The notes under the pieces: model-generated | Databases searched by the model: none | Told to the model about the DNA's origin: nothing | The model's input: the letters and a program-made list of their open reading frames with translations, nothing else | Position numbers and translations under genes: made by a program | Part shown: positions 26,420-34,260 of the stretch, piece by piece | How the letters are laid out: each line of letters starts with the position of its first letter | Position numbering within the stretch: position 1 is the first letter of the stretch | Sequence record: MK295204 | From: Shigella phage vB_SdyM_006 | Length of the DNA stretch: 64,000 bases | Direction: 5' to 3' (one strand)

Positions 26420-28483
26420 TTAAATAATAAATTTTTCTGGGACAAAAGTAAGATCAACAGCTGTTGATAATAATTCTAGCCCTTTTTGACTAATTTTACC
26501 AGTATTTTCTTTTAAGAATTCTTTAAACCCAATTTTTTCGATTTTTCCTTCAGATAAAAACTTATTTCCGTCAATAAGTTCGCTTTCATCTAGTAATTCT
26601 GGATCCACTACAGATGTTTCTACTAATATTGGTCTATTAAATTCTATATCACGAGCGTTTTCATAACCGTGGATAGAATGAATCTTAAGAGCTAAACCTC
26701 TAGGTAAAATCACCTCGCATTCACTAGAGTATTTTGACATATTACCAGGAATAATAACATTGACTTTATGTGCACCTTTAATAGTTATACCCATAGAAAT
26801 GTTAATATCTGTTTTCTTAGTTGCTTTCTTACCATTAACGGCTACACCAATATTTTTTGGTGTCATAACTGTTGATATAACATCATCGAATGTTTCGGAT
26901 TCAAAAGTTACTGTAGTCGCGTTAGGTTTAATATTATCAAGAACATCATTTCGTTCCCCAAAAATAATTGGAGCTAATGAAGTCGAAATATAATTAGGAA
27001 AATATAATGTTTTATTTTTAGCAGCTTTTTCTACGTCGGCATAAGGTAATTTTTGTGCTCTATATAAAATAGTTCCTTTTTCTAACTTGGTTCCTTTTTT
27101 GAAGGCCCCATCTAAGACAGGAATTTTGTTTTCATACACAGATTTTAAACTTTTATCTTTACCAAGCAAAAAGTCGTTCATTTCTTCATATCCACGTAAA
27201 GCATAATCTGTGATAACTTTTCGCTCTTCTTCTGTTAAATCCATTTCTGTTTCGGTTCTAAATAACTCTTCTAAAGGAGTATAGAAAACATTTCTGTTTA
27301 AAGCAGAGATACAGCCTCTTAAAGCTCTAGTCTTAGCCACATTATCGTCAGGTCCATATGTTTCTAAATCTTCGGCTATTTTTTTGTAAACATCCATAGC
27401 ATTATTAGAAGTTTTGAGCGCATTGTTAATTATCAATATATACGGTTTTGCTAATTTATATTTTTCTTCACTAGATAAATGATAAAAATTTTCAACACCA
27501 TACCCAGATATGCGTTCTAAAGAATCTAATAAAAATCTAGCTTCTAGATCTGATTCTTCTTCACTCACGGCCGAATTTATTTTATCTAAAAACACAGATT
27601 TAGATTCATCAATTTTATTAAGGACATTTTTATGAACTAATGCAATTTTTGTAGAATCACTTTGGACAATAGGAGGATTATCTTGTAGTTCAATATATTT
27701 TCTTCTTCCTTCTTCAGAATAATTTTCTAAGTCTTCTGGTTTAGAAACACCATACATTGCTGATAATAATTCACGTCTAGAAACTTTAGTTTTTGAAATG
27801 ACAGATCGTTCACTTCTTGTGTTTTCTTGTGCTGCAATACTTCCTGCAATGGCTTCTAATTTAGACACTTGCTTGCCAGTTTTGTCATTGATATACACAT
27901 CACCTACTTTAGAATCGACTTTAGTATATAAGTCAGAATCAATACCAGGAATCCCAGCGATGTCTTCTAAAGGTCTGTTTTTACGATATATTAAAACATA
28001 AGCATGTTTACCTGTAAATTGATACAAATCTTCTAAGACAACAAATTTACCACCAGTACGTTGCATAGCCAGACGTTTGATTATTCTTTGTAATGTCTTT
28101 TCTTGGCCTTTCATTTTTTTAGCAGGGAATCTAAATAAAACTGCGTCCATTTTAAGTTTTTTAACTTGTTCGTATACAGTGTCAAAAATAGTATTCAATG
28201 CCCCAATAGGGTCTGAGCCTAAACCATTTCTTAATTCTGCTGCATTACCATTTTTAGACAAACTCATCAAAAACACTTGAACAAATTTATCACCTTGCTT
28301 TACTGCTTTTAATGCATCGCCTTTAGATAAATAAGACACCATTCTAACTAAAAGATTGTCATTTCCAGGAACACTGACATTCCATAATTGAGGGACCTTA
28401 GCCCTTTTATTAAGATTAATAGCTTTATATTGAGCTATTTCTGAATCAAAAACCTCATTTAAATTAATTTCATTTAATTCCAT
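26420..28483 (-). CDS. alt: Alt-like ADP-ribosyltransferase (packaged, R-S-ExE class)
   Basis: 687 aa vs 682 in T4; ART triad in order: LYRAQ (Arg), ISTSL (Ser-Thr-Ser), ECEVILPRG (Glu-x-Glu); TATAAATA late promoter upstream. Confidence 0.8.
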   Translation of the reverse strand: MELNEINLNEVFDSEIAQYKAINLNKRAKVPQLWNVSVPGNDNLLVRMVSYLSKGDALKAVKQGDKFVQVFLMSLSKNGNAAELRNGLGSDPIGALNTIFDTVYEQVKKLKMDAVLFRFPAKKMKGQEKTLQRIIKRLAMQRTGGKFVVLEDLYQFTGKHAYVLIYRKNRPLEDIAGIPGIDSDLYTKVDSKVGDVYINDKTGKQVSKLEAIAGSIAAQENTRSERSVISKTKVSRRELLSAMYGVSKPEDLENYSEEGRRKYIELQDNPPIVQSDSTKIALVHKNVLNKIDESKSVFLDKINSAVSEEESDLEARFLLDSLERISGYGVENFYHLSSEEKYKLAKPYILIINNALKTSNNAMDVYKKIAEDLETYGPDDNVAKTRALRGCISALNRNVFYTPLEELFRTETEMDLTEEERKVITDYALRGYEEMNDFLLGKDKSLKSVYENKIPVLDGAFKKGTKLEKGTILYRAQKLPYADVEKAAKNKTLYFPNYISTSLAPIIFGERNDVLDNIKPNATTVTFESETFDDVISTVMTPKNIGVAVNGKKATKKTDINISMGITIKGAHKVNVIIPGNMSKYSSECEVILPRGLALKIHSIHGYENARDIEFNRPILVETSVVDPELLDESELIDGNKFLSEGKIEKIGFKEFLKENTGKISQKGLELLSTAVDLTFVPEKFII

Positions 28484-28513
28484 TTTATCACCTTTATAAT
28501 AAGAATATATTAC

Positions 28514-28521
28514 TATTTATA
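28514..28521 (-). promoter_or_regulatory. late promoter TATAAATA for alt
   Basis: Exact octamer on minus strand 30 nt upstream of alt ATG 28483. Confidence 0.6.
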
Positions 28522-28527
28522 CCAAAA

Positions 28528-28550
28528 AGGAGACCGAAGTCTCCTTGTTT
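28528..28550 (-). terminator. hairpin terminator (AGGAGAC-CGAA-GTCTCCT family)
   Basis: 7-bp stem, CGAA loop, T-run on minus strand; between cassette gene and alt late promoter. Confidence 0.6.
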
Positions 28551-28563
28551 TTATATTATTTAT

Positions 28564-28773
28564 TTATTCACCAATTTCTTCTAAGAAATTCTCATAATCA
28601 GTTGGGAATCTTTTCCAAAACTTTTTAATTTTTTGTTCTTTATTCTTGCATTCTGCCAATGAAATCATTAAACCGTTATCAGAATCAGATTCAACTCGTG
28701 TTAATGTTAAACCTAATTCAGAAAGTGCTGTTAAGTGATTTTGTGCCAATACATATAAATATAAATCAAACAT
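28564..28773 (-). CDS. hypothetical early protein (cassette-driven)
   Basis: Start placed at ATG after GGAGTATATT within the conserved early promoter-leader cassette; 69 aa. Confidence 0.45.
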   Translation of the reverse strand: MFDLYLYVLAQNHLTALSELGLTLTRVESDSDNGLMISLAECKNKEQKIKKFWKRFPTDYENFLEEIGE

Positions 28774-28813
28774 AATATACTCCGTTGTTTCCGTGTGTTG
28801 TTTCAATATGTAT

Positions 28814-28842
28814 ATAATAACATGTCTACAGCAAAAGTAAAC
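28814..28842 (-). promoter_or_regulatory. early promoter (GTTTAC-N17-TATTAT), cassette copy
   Basis: Minus-strand GTTTAC (plus 28837-28842), 17-nt spacer, TATTAT (plus 28814-28819). Confidence 0.6.
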
Positions 28843-28861
28843 ATGTTATTGTGGCTTTTTA

Positions 28862-29098
28862 TTAAATAATTCTAGCTATCAATGCAGAAGTATTAATACT
28901 AACAGTAAATTCCATTGGCGTTTCATCTTCTTCAGAACTAATTACCATTGAATGGATTTCGGTAACACCAGATACGGATAAAACTCTATCTTCAATAATA
29001 GTTATATGTGAAGAATATTCAAAAGGACCATATGGGTCTCCATCTAATCTAGATGTATCTTTAAGCATTTTTAACAATTCAGCACTTGATAATTTCAT
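28862..29098 (-). CDS. hypothetical early protein (cassette-driven)
   Basis: Start placed at ATG after GGAGTATATA in the second copy of the cassette; 78 aa. Confidence 0.45.
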   Translation of the reverse strand: MKLSSAELLKMLKDTSRLDGDPYGPFEYSSHITIIEDRVLSVSGVTEIHSMVISSEEDETPMEFTVSINTSALIARII

Positions 29099-29135
29099 TA
29101 TATACTCCATTTTCGTATGTTGTTTCAATATGTAT

Positions 29136-29164
29136 ATAATAACATGTCTACAGCAAAAGTAAAC
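29136..29164 (-). promoter_or_regulatory. early promoter (GTTTAC-N17-TATTAT), cassette copy
   Basis: Minus-strand GTTTAC (plus 29159-29164), 17-nt spacer, TATTAT (plus 29136-29141); directly follows a terminator hairpin. Confidence 0.6.
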
Positions 29165-29185
29165 AAAAAAGAGCCTTTCGGCTCT
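29165..29185 (-). terminator. hairpin terminator upstream of cassette promoter
   Basis: GAGCC-TTTC-GGCTC followed on minus strand by TTTTTT then GTTTAC. Confidence 0.6.
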
Positions 29186-29387
29186 AAATAATTTTTGATA
29201 AATCATCTTGTATTGCTAAGATTTTATGAAAATCTGATTCTCTTATAGGACAAGACTTATCTAACTTAAATGATATTAAAGAATTCATAAAGATAGATTC
29301 TATTTGTTCTTCTAAATCATCTATTAAAATATTCTTCTGGTGATTGTCCAAAGATTTCATAAAAGTCATTTGCCTCTTGTTTATCAA
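29184..29387 (-). CDS. hypothetical small ORF overlapping ligase 3' end
   Basis: 67 aa ORF; overlaps the ligase gene by at least 44 nt in another frame, so doubtful. Confidence 0.2.
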   Translation of the reverse strand: MINKRQMTFMKSLDNHQKNILIDDLEEQIESIFMNSLISFKLDKSCPIRESDFHKILAIQDDLSKII

Positions 29388-30789
29388 GACGTCTCATTTT
29401 AACACGTGGTAAAAATAAACTATATGTTTCTCGTCCATCAACTTTTTGAGCTGCATTACATACACCCGAGATAATCATACCGACAAGTTTACCTTTCTTA
29501 TGAAGATCCCATAATAAACGACGGTCTAATTCATGACGTTTATCGAGTGGAATCCAGATTTTTTCTTTTGAACCTTTTACCTTTTCGTAATCTTTATCCT
29601 TAAAACCAGAACCACAGTCAACTAAAATAGTCCCATCTCTAGACCTTAAATTGACACCACCTAATTTTTCAGGGTCTTTAGAATGTGGATACGCACCAAT
29701 AATTTCTAAATCAAAATCTTTTTCTTCTTTAAATTTTACTTGGTCACAAGTACGTCCATCAGACCAAACACCAAGTTTATTTTTTAGAATAATACCTTCT
29801 AACTTCATATCAACATATTTTCTGTAAATAACTTGGGCTTCTTCTAAAGTCTTAACTTCTTCTGATGGAATTAATTCTAAACGTCCTGCTTTTTTAGTAA
29901 TTAATTCTAAATTTTTTAACCTTTCTTTGTAAGGTTTATTAATTTCTGAATTATCAGTCTGTGTACCTTGTGTAACTTCATAGTTAATTAGATCCCAGAC
30001 CTGGAATTTAACACAATCTGCTTCGGTTTTTGAAATGGTTCCTTGGATTGATTTATTTGCAATACCGTTACCTTCTTCTCTAGAAGCAACAATATTTTCT
30101 TCTTCGTCTTCATCAAAGAATAAATCTAGACCTTGTTTTGTTGATTTAGGAAAATAAACTAGTTCACCATCAAGAACAACGTTTCCTAATCCTTCAGTGA
30201 TAGATACAATTTCTTCTTTTAGCAAATCTAGACCAAGATATTCGCTACCAGAACGAGAATATAAATTAACTTCCCCGTCTACAACTTCGGCAAAACATCT
30301 AGCACCATCTGCTTTAAGCTGAGCTAATGCTGGGAATTTAATTTTAGATACATTAGCTTTACTAAAAGGCGCTGCTAAAAACTGCGGCTGCTTTGGTAAT
30401 AAATTTTCCCATACTTTGTTTGGAATACTTCTTCCTACACCACATTCCAAGTCACGTTTGACAATGCGTTTAATTAATGCTGCATCTTTAGGGCATAAAC
30501 TTTCTAATACATCTTTTAAAGCAGCAATTGCAGCATGTCCTGTTAAAACCCGTTCACCTAAAACATTTTCTAAAAAATCTAAAGCGTCACGAAGTGTTTT
30601 AGATTCGGTTTTAGGTTCATATTCTGGAATCTTTTTAATATGGAATTTGACTCTTTGAGAATATGTTAATCTAAACACATCTTTTACTAATAAATTGTTT
30701 TTATATTTTAAAAGAATATTTTCTTTTTCTTTTAATGAATCCGTAGAAGCTAGTTCTACAATAATATCGTATACCATACCTTTTTCCAT
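29317..30789 (-). CDS. 30: ATP-dependent DNA ligase
   Basis: 490 aa vs 487 in T4; adenylation motif FPALAQLKADGARCFAEV, plus RDLECG and GLEGIILKN blocks. Confidence 0.93.
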   Translation of the reverse strand: MEKGMVYDIIVELASTDSLKEKENILLKYKNNLLVKDVFRLTYSQRVKFHIKKIPEYEPKTESKTLRDALDFLENVLGERVLTGHAAIAALKDVLESLCPKDAALIKRIVKRDLECGVGRSIPNKVWENLLPKQPQFLAAPFSKANVSKIKFPALAQLKADGARCFAEVVDGEVNLYSRSGSEYLGLDLLKEEIVSITEGLGNVVLDGELVYFPKSTKQGLDLFFDEDEEENIVASREEGNGIANKSIQGTISKTEADCVKFQVWDLINYEVTQGTQTDNSEINKPYKERLKNLELITKKAGRLELIPSEEVKTLEEAQVIYRKYVDMKLEGIILKNKLGVWSDGRTCDQVKFKEEKDFDLEIIGAYPHSKDPEKLGGVNLRSRDGTILVDCGSGFKDKDYEKVKGSKEKIWIPLDKRHELDRRLLWDLHKKGKLVGMIISGVCNAAQKVDGRETYSLFLPRVKMRRLDKQEANDFYEIFGQSPEEYFNR

Positions 30790-30798
30790 TTATAGTCC

Positions 30799-31434
30799 TT
30801 ATTTTATACTATTTAATGATTCTTCTAAGTCTGGTAAAATGGATTCAAAATCATACCAGTCTTTAACATTGATAATAGGACAATCTGGCAAATCACGTTG
30901 TCCACGTGGCATATGAATCAAAGGTAGTCTCGAAATAACTTTATGACAATCTTCAAGATTATGAGCCAAATCATCAACAAAACATAAAAGATTTTTAGTG
31001 TGTTTAACTTTAACATCTAAATAATGAGGAGTTTTAGATTCACCATAATTCACAAGTAAAATATCACTAAATGCATTAGGAAATAAAGAATTCAAATTAT
31101 ATAACCGATTAAACAATGCCTGGTTAGTAGTTCCTAAAGCTGTGATAGCAACAAATTCATACTTATGTTTAAGCCTATTAATGACTTCAATGGCATCAGT
31201 ATATCCAGTTAGATACTTAATATATTTTGAGTTATTGTATTCCGTCATTAATTTTAAGCCAAGTTCTTCATTACAACGGAACATTTCGCCTGGCGACATA
31301 AAAACATTTTCTGTGATAACTCTTAAAATATTTGATGTATCAATACCATAATCTTGTGCAAAATAAGGAAGTCCAGATGCCCACTGGACTAAAATGCCAT
31401 CAACGTCAGTTAAAATAACAGGTTTTACTTGCAT
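30799..31434 (-). CDS. HAD-superfamily phosphatase, nucleotidase-like
   Basis: N-terminal HAD motif I VILTDVDGILV; 211 aa. Confidence 0.55.
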   Translation of the reverse strand: MQVKPVILTDVDGILVQWASGLPYFAQDYGIDTSNILRVITENVFMSPGEMFRCNEELGLKLMTEYNNSKYIKYLTGYTDAIEVINRLKHKYEFVAITALGTTNQALFNRLYNLNSLFPNAFSDILLVNYGESKTPHYLDVKVKHTKNLLCFVDDLAHNLEDCHKVISRLPLIHMPRGQRDLPDCPIINVKDWYDFESILPDLEESLNSIK

Positions 31435-31877
31435 TATGCATCCTCATATTTAATTGCCATAAGAGCCTTTTTAGTGAATTCGTAGATGTCAATATTTTTA
31501 ACACCTTGGCTTAAAATAGATTCCACTGTTTTATCAAGAACTGGCTTAATAAAAGGTCCTTGAAGATTCATTGTTCCAGTTCTATCTTTAAATGCGATAA
31601 CGAATTTACGATCGACCCAATTATTTTTGGGTTCAAGATTTTCTATTTTTTCAAAATAACCATGTTCATCAACGTCAATAATAAACGCTACTGTAAAATC
31701 GTCTTCGGTTAAAGTTTCGTCACCACATTTAAGTTTTTTGACATGTCCACTTTCGTCAAGTTCAATAACTTTAAATGGGCTATTTGAGATAGCATTAGCA
31801 ATACGTTCATTAGAATAATTTTCATCAACAAATCCGTCAATGTCAATTAATTTATACCAACCATTTAATTCAAACAT
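31434..31877 (-). CDS. hypothetical protein (paralogue of next gene)
   Basis: 147 aa; shares Y-x-LI, YS-x-E-I and NPFKV-x-L motifs with 31885..32337. Confidence 0.45.
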   Translation of the reverse strand: MFELNGWYKLIDIDGFVDENYSNERIANAISNSPFKVIELDESGHVKKLKCGDETLTEDDFTVAFIIDVDEHGYFEKIENLEPKNNWVDRKFVIAFKDRTGTMNLQGPFIKPVLDKTVESILSQGVKNIDIYEFTKKALMAIKYEDA

Positions 31878-31884
31878 AGTATTC

Positions 31885-32337
31885 TCACTTAAAAGTAATA
31901 GATTGGGTGATTTCAGCAGTTTTATCTAAAGTATACATTTCAACTTTACCAGTAGGATTTTTTGTTAAAAATGCTTCGATACTTTTATGTGCTGATTCTT
32001 CATCTAGAGGAACTGAAGAAGTTTCTACACCGTTTAAAATTTGGACTAAAACTACACGGGCTGACGGGACTACAACTTCATTAAAATACTCCACTTCATA
32101 TTTAGAAATCACCACTGTTAATTGAGAGTCAAAATCAGAAGGTGTGTATTCTTTTCCGTTAATTGAAATTAAAACAACATCACGATTGCCAGGCCCAAGA
32201 GCTAAAACTTTAAAAGGATTTTTCCCAATAAGGTTATAAATTTTTTCATTATATGCCGAGTACTCTTTAAACTCGTGTTCATTGATAAGTTGATAAGATT
32301 TACCGATTTCAAATTCAAAAGCTGTTTTAGTTTTCAT
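31885..32337 (-). CDS. hypothetical protein (paralogue of previous gene)
   Basis: 150 aa; paralogue of 31434..31877. Confidence 0.45.
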   Translation of the reverse strand: MKTKTAFEFEIGKSYQLINEHEFKEYSAYNEKIYNLIGKNPFKVLALGPGNRDVVLISINGKEYTPSDFDSQLTVVISKYEVEYFNEVVVPSARVVLVQILNGVETSSVPLDEESAHKSIEAFLTKNPTGKVEMYTLDKTAEITQSITFK

Positions 32338-32338
32338 A

Positions 32339-32659
32339 TTAGGACCTTATTTTTAAGATTGTTTTCATTGCAGCAACTAATGGTTTTTTATCCTCAACCC
32401 AGTCATCACAACATAAATTTTCATTATCGAAATTATTGTATCTAGAACCTAGACAATGTAAACCGATAAATGTATCATTTGATGTTTTTGTTACACTGAT
32501 ATCATGGTCTAACATTAAGACCCAAGCTTGATTAATATTATTACATGGATCAAATTTTAAGCCATTAATATAAACAAATAACTTAAACCCTTGGTTTTCT
32601 ACTGTGTATTCATACCCAAGACTTTTAGCTAGTTCAATATTAATATCAAGTTCAGTCAT
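32339..32659 (-). CDS. hypothetical protein
   Basis: 106 aa ORF with FDPCNN motif; 4-nt overlap with upstream NADAR-like gene. Confidence 0.45.
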   Translation of the reverse strand: MTELDINIELAKSLGYEYTVENQGFKLFVYINGLKFDPCNNINQAWVLMLDHDISVTKTSNDTFIGLHCLGSRYNNFDNENLCCDDWVEDKKPLVAAMKTILKIRS

Positions 32660-33093
32660 AACCGTCTCCTTAAAGATGTCAATATACCACAGAATTCTTG
32701 GTTTGTTAATATAGTTTCGAACTTATTTTCGCATCCTATAGTATGAACTAATGTTTTATCGCCTGTTGCTCTCAGAGCATCTCTGAATGATTTATTCTGA
32801 TTAAACATATGAATATATGCTCTGACTAGTAAACGTTTGTAGGCTTCACTGTGACGATTAATAGGGCATCCATTATACCACATAGTGTCATTTTTCATTT
32901 TAGGACCAGCTAATTTGGCCTTTAATCCATGCAGTTTAAACACTTCAGATTGTTCTTTAGGGTCTTTAATTTTTAATCCTTGTAAAAATCCTTCTATACT
33001 GCCAAAGAGCTGATTGTCCATTTTAAAAGGATGCTCAGCAAAATTACTTAAAGCACATGAAGGCCAAGGGCCTCTAGAATGAATATCAATCAT
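32656..33093 (-). CDS. NADAR-like (YbiA-type) putative ADP-ribose glycohydrolase
   Basis: 145 aa; LSNFAEHPFKMDNQLFGSIEGFLQGLKI aligns with the YbiA core FSNFA-x-PI-x-DG-x3-TSEHYFQAQKF. Confidence 0.55.
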   Translation of the reverse strand: MIDIHSRGPWPSCALSNFAEHPFKMDNQLFGSIEGFLQGLKIKDPKEQSEVFKLHGLKAKLAGPKMKNDTMWYNGCPINRHSEAYKRLLVRAYIHMFNQNKSFRDALRATGDKTLVHTIGCENKFETILTNQEFCGILTSLRRRL

Positions 33094-33107
33094 ATATCCT
33101 CTAAACC

Positions 33108-33130
33108 AAAAAAGGAGACCGGAGTCTCCT
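33108..33130 (-). terminator. hairpin terminator 20 nt upstream of NADAR-like gene start
   Basis: AGGAGAC-CGGA-GTCTCCT with T-run on minus strand. Confidence 0.55.
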
Positions 33131-33137
33131 TAATCAT

Positions 33138-33374
33138 TTATAGTGTCACCAAATCCAAGATACGCTCTATTTGGTCAATAATTGCTTTGCCAGAGTCATT
33201 ATCGTAAACAAACTTTGTTAATGCTATATTTCTTATAGTAGTTGTTTTTGCTAATTCTTTAAGATCGTTATTAAAGAAATAAAGTGCGTCGGCTTCATTG
33301 TCGAAATACTTATTATAAACCTTTTTTTCTTTAACAATTCTGTATACTAAATTATATTGAGTTGATGTTGACAT
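33138..33374 (-). CDS. hypothetical early protein
   Basis: 78 aa; early promoter upstream, hairpin terminator downstream. Confidence 0.45.
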   Translation of the reverse strand: MSTSTQYNLVYRIVKEKKVYNKYFDNEADALYFFNNDLKELAKTTTIRNIALTKFVYDNDSGKAIIDQIERILDLVTL

Positions 33375-33402
33375 TTTAGACCTCCGTTATTAATTGTGAT
33401 CT

Positions 33403-33432
33403 ATAATATCCTTTTTTAAAAGAGAAGTAAAC
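33403..33432 (-). promoter_or_regulatory. early promoter (GTTTAC-N18-TATTAT)
   Basis: Minus-strand GTTTAC (plus 33427-33432) and TATTAT (plus 33403-33408) upstream of gene 33138..33374. Confidence 0.45.
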
Positions 33433-33450
33433 ACTTATTTTCAATAAAAC

Positions 33451-33474
33451 CAAAAAAGGAGACCGAAGTCTCCT
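33451..33474 (-). terminator. hairpin terminator (AGGAGAC-CGAA-GTCTCCT family)
   Basis: Same stem as 28528 copy; T-run on minus strand. Confidence 0.6.
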
Positions 33475-33479
33475 TAAAT

Positions 33480-33614
33480 TTATTTCTTGTTTCCTAAATT
33501 AGCTAAAAACTTAGCTCGCCCATTTTCTTGTCGTTTAACAAATCCAACCAGTTTGTCTAGGTCTTGGTTAATACGTTTATTTGTTTTTCGTTTGTAACCT
33601 TTACGTGCGGACAT
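33480..33614 (-). CDS. small basic protein, 44 aa
   Basis: My own translation: MSARKGYKRKTNKRINQDLDKLVGFVKRQENGRAKFLANLGNKK; below ORF-track cutoff. Confidence 0.3.
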   Translation of the reverse strand: MSARKGYKRKTNKRINQDLDKLVGFVKRQENGRAKFLANLGNKK

Positions 33615-33623
33615 AGTAATTCC

Positions 33624-33869
33624 TTATTTCAATGTAACAATATAATGACGAACAGCTTTACGTGCATTAGAACTTAAATGCTTAGCATATTTTAAATTAT
33701 CATTTTCGATAAGCTCTTGGTGAAGATTTTTTTGTTCTGGATTTAAGTGTTTAAAACCTTCAAGAACTTTAAGTGCTTCAGCCAGAACATCGATTGATGC
33801 ACCATAGTTTTCATGGCCATTTTGGAAAGAATTACGTTGGATATCTAAAATTGTTTTTACAAAAGTCAT
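33624..33869 (-). CDS. hypothetical protein
   Basis: 81 aa ORF upstream of gene 31 region. Confidence 0.4.
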   Translation of the reverse strand: MTFVKTILDIQRNSFQNGHENYGASIDVLAEALKVLEGFKHLNPEQKNLHQELIENDNLKYAKHLSSNARKAVRHYIVTLK

Positions 33870-33900
33870 AGATGCCTCAAAAATGCGAGGTTAATATTTA

Positions 33901-33917
33901 GTGGTCATAATGACCAC
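33901..33917. promoter_or_regulatory. 17-bp perfect palindrome GTGGTCAT-A-ATGACCAC
   Basis: Exact palindrome in the intergenic region downstream of gene 31; no adjacent T-run. Confidence 0.3.
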
Positions 33918-33942
33918 CGGTTTAGAACACATGTTCATATAG

Positions 33943-34260
33943 TTATTTATACACTGCTGCAATAGATTTATAATGAGCAGTAATAAATTTTATTGGGAAT
34001 TCACTAGCTTTTTTATCATTAAAAACAGTTTCTGGATGAGGAACATTACGCATGTTACCTGTAGGTAAAGGGACCTTATCACCGATCTCAAAATAACCTT
34101 GAGGAACACAATCACCAATGGCATAAATTTCACCATATTGTGGTAATTCACCTTGTTGACGAACACCAATAACAATACCTGAAGCCGAAACTTCTTCGGT
34201 CCCAGCTGATTCTGCTTTTGCTGCTATAATAACGCTTTCACCTAATGCTTTAATATCCAT
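33943..34260 (-). CDS. 31: head assembly co-chaperonin (GroES-like)
   Basis: 105 aa vs 111 in T4; GNMRNVPHP and FITAHYKSIAAVYK align with T4 gp31 (IRNVPHP, FVTCHYKAIPCLYK). Confidence 0.85.
   Translation of the reverse strand: MDIKALGESVIIAAKAESAGTEEVSASGIVIGVRQQGELPQYGEIYAIGDCVPQGYFEIGDKVPLPTGNMRNVPHPETVFNDKKASEFPIKFITAHYKSIAAVYK

Noticed and set aside
33990-34175. Minus-strand 61-aa ORF
   Set aside because: Alternative frame entirely inside gene 31.
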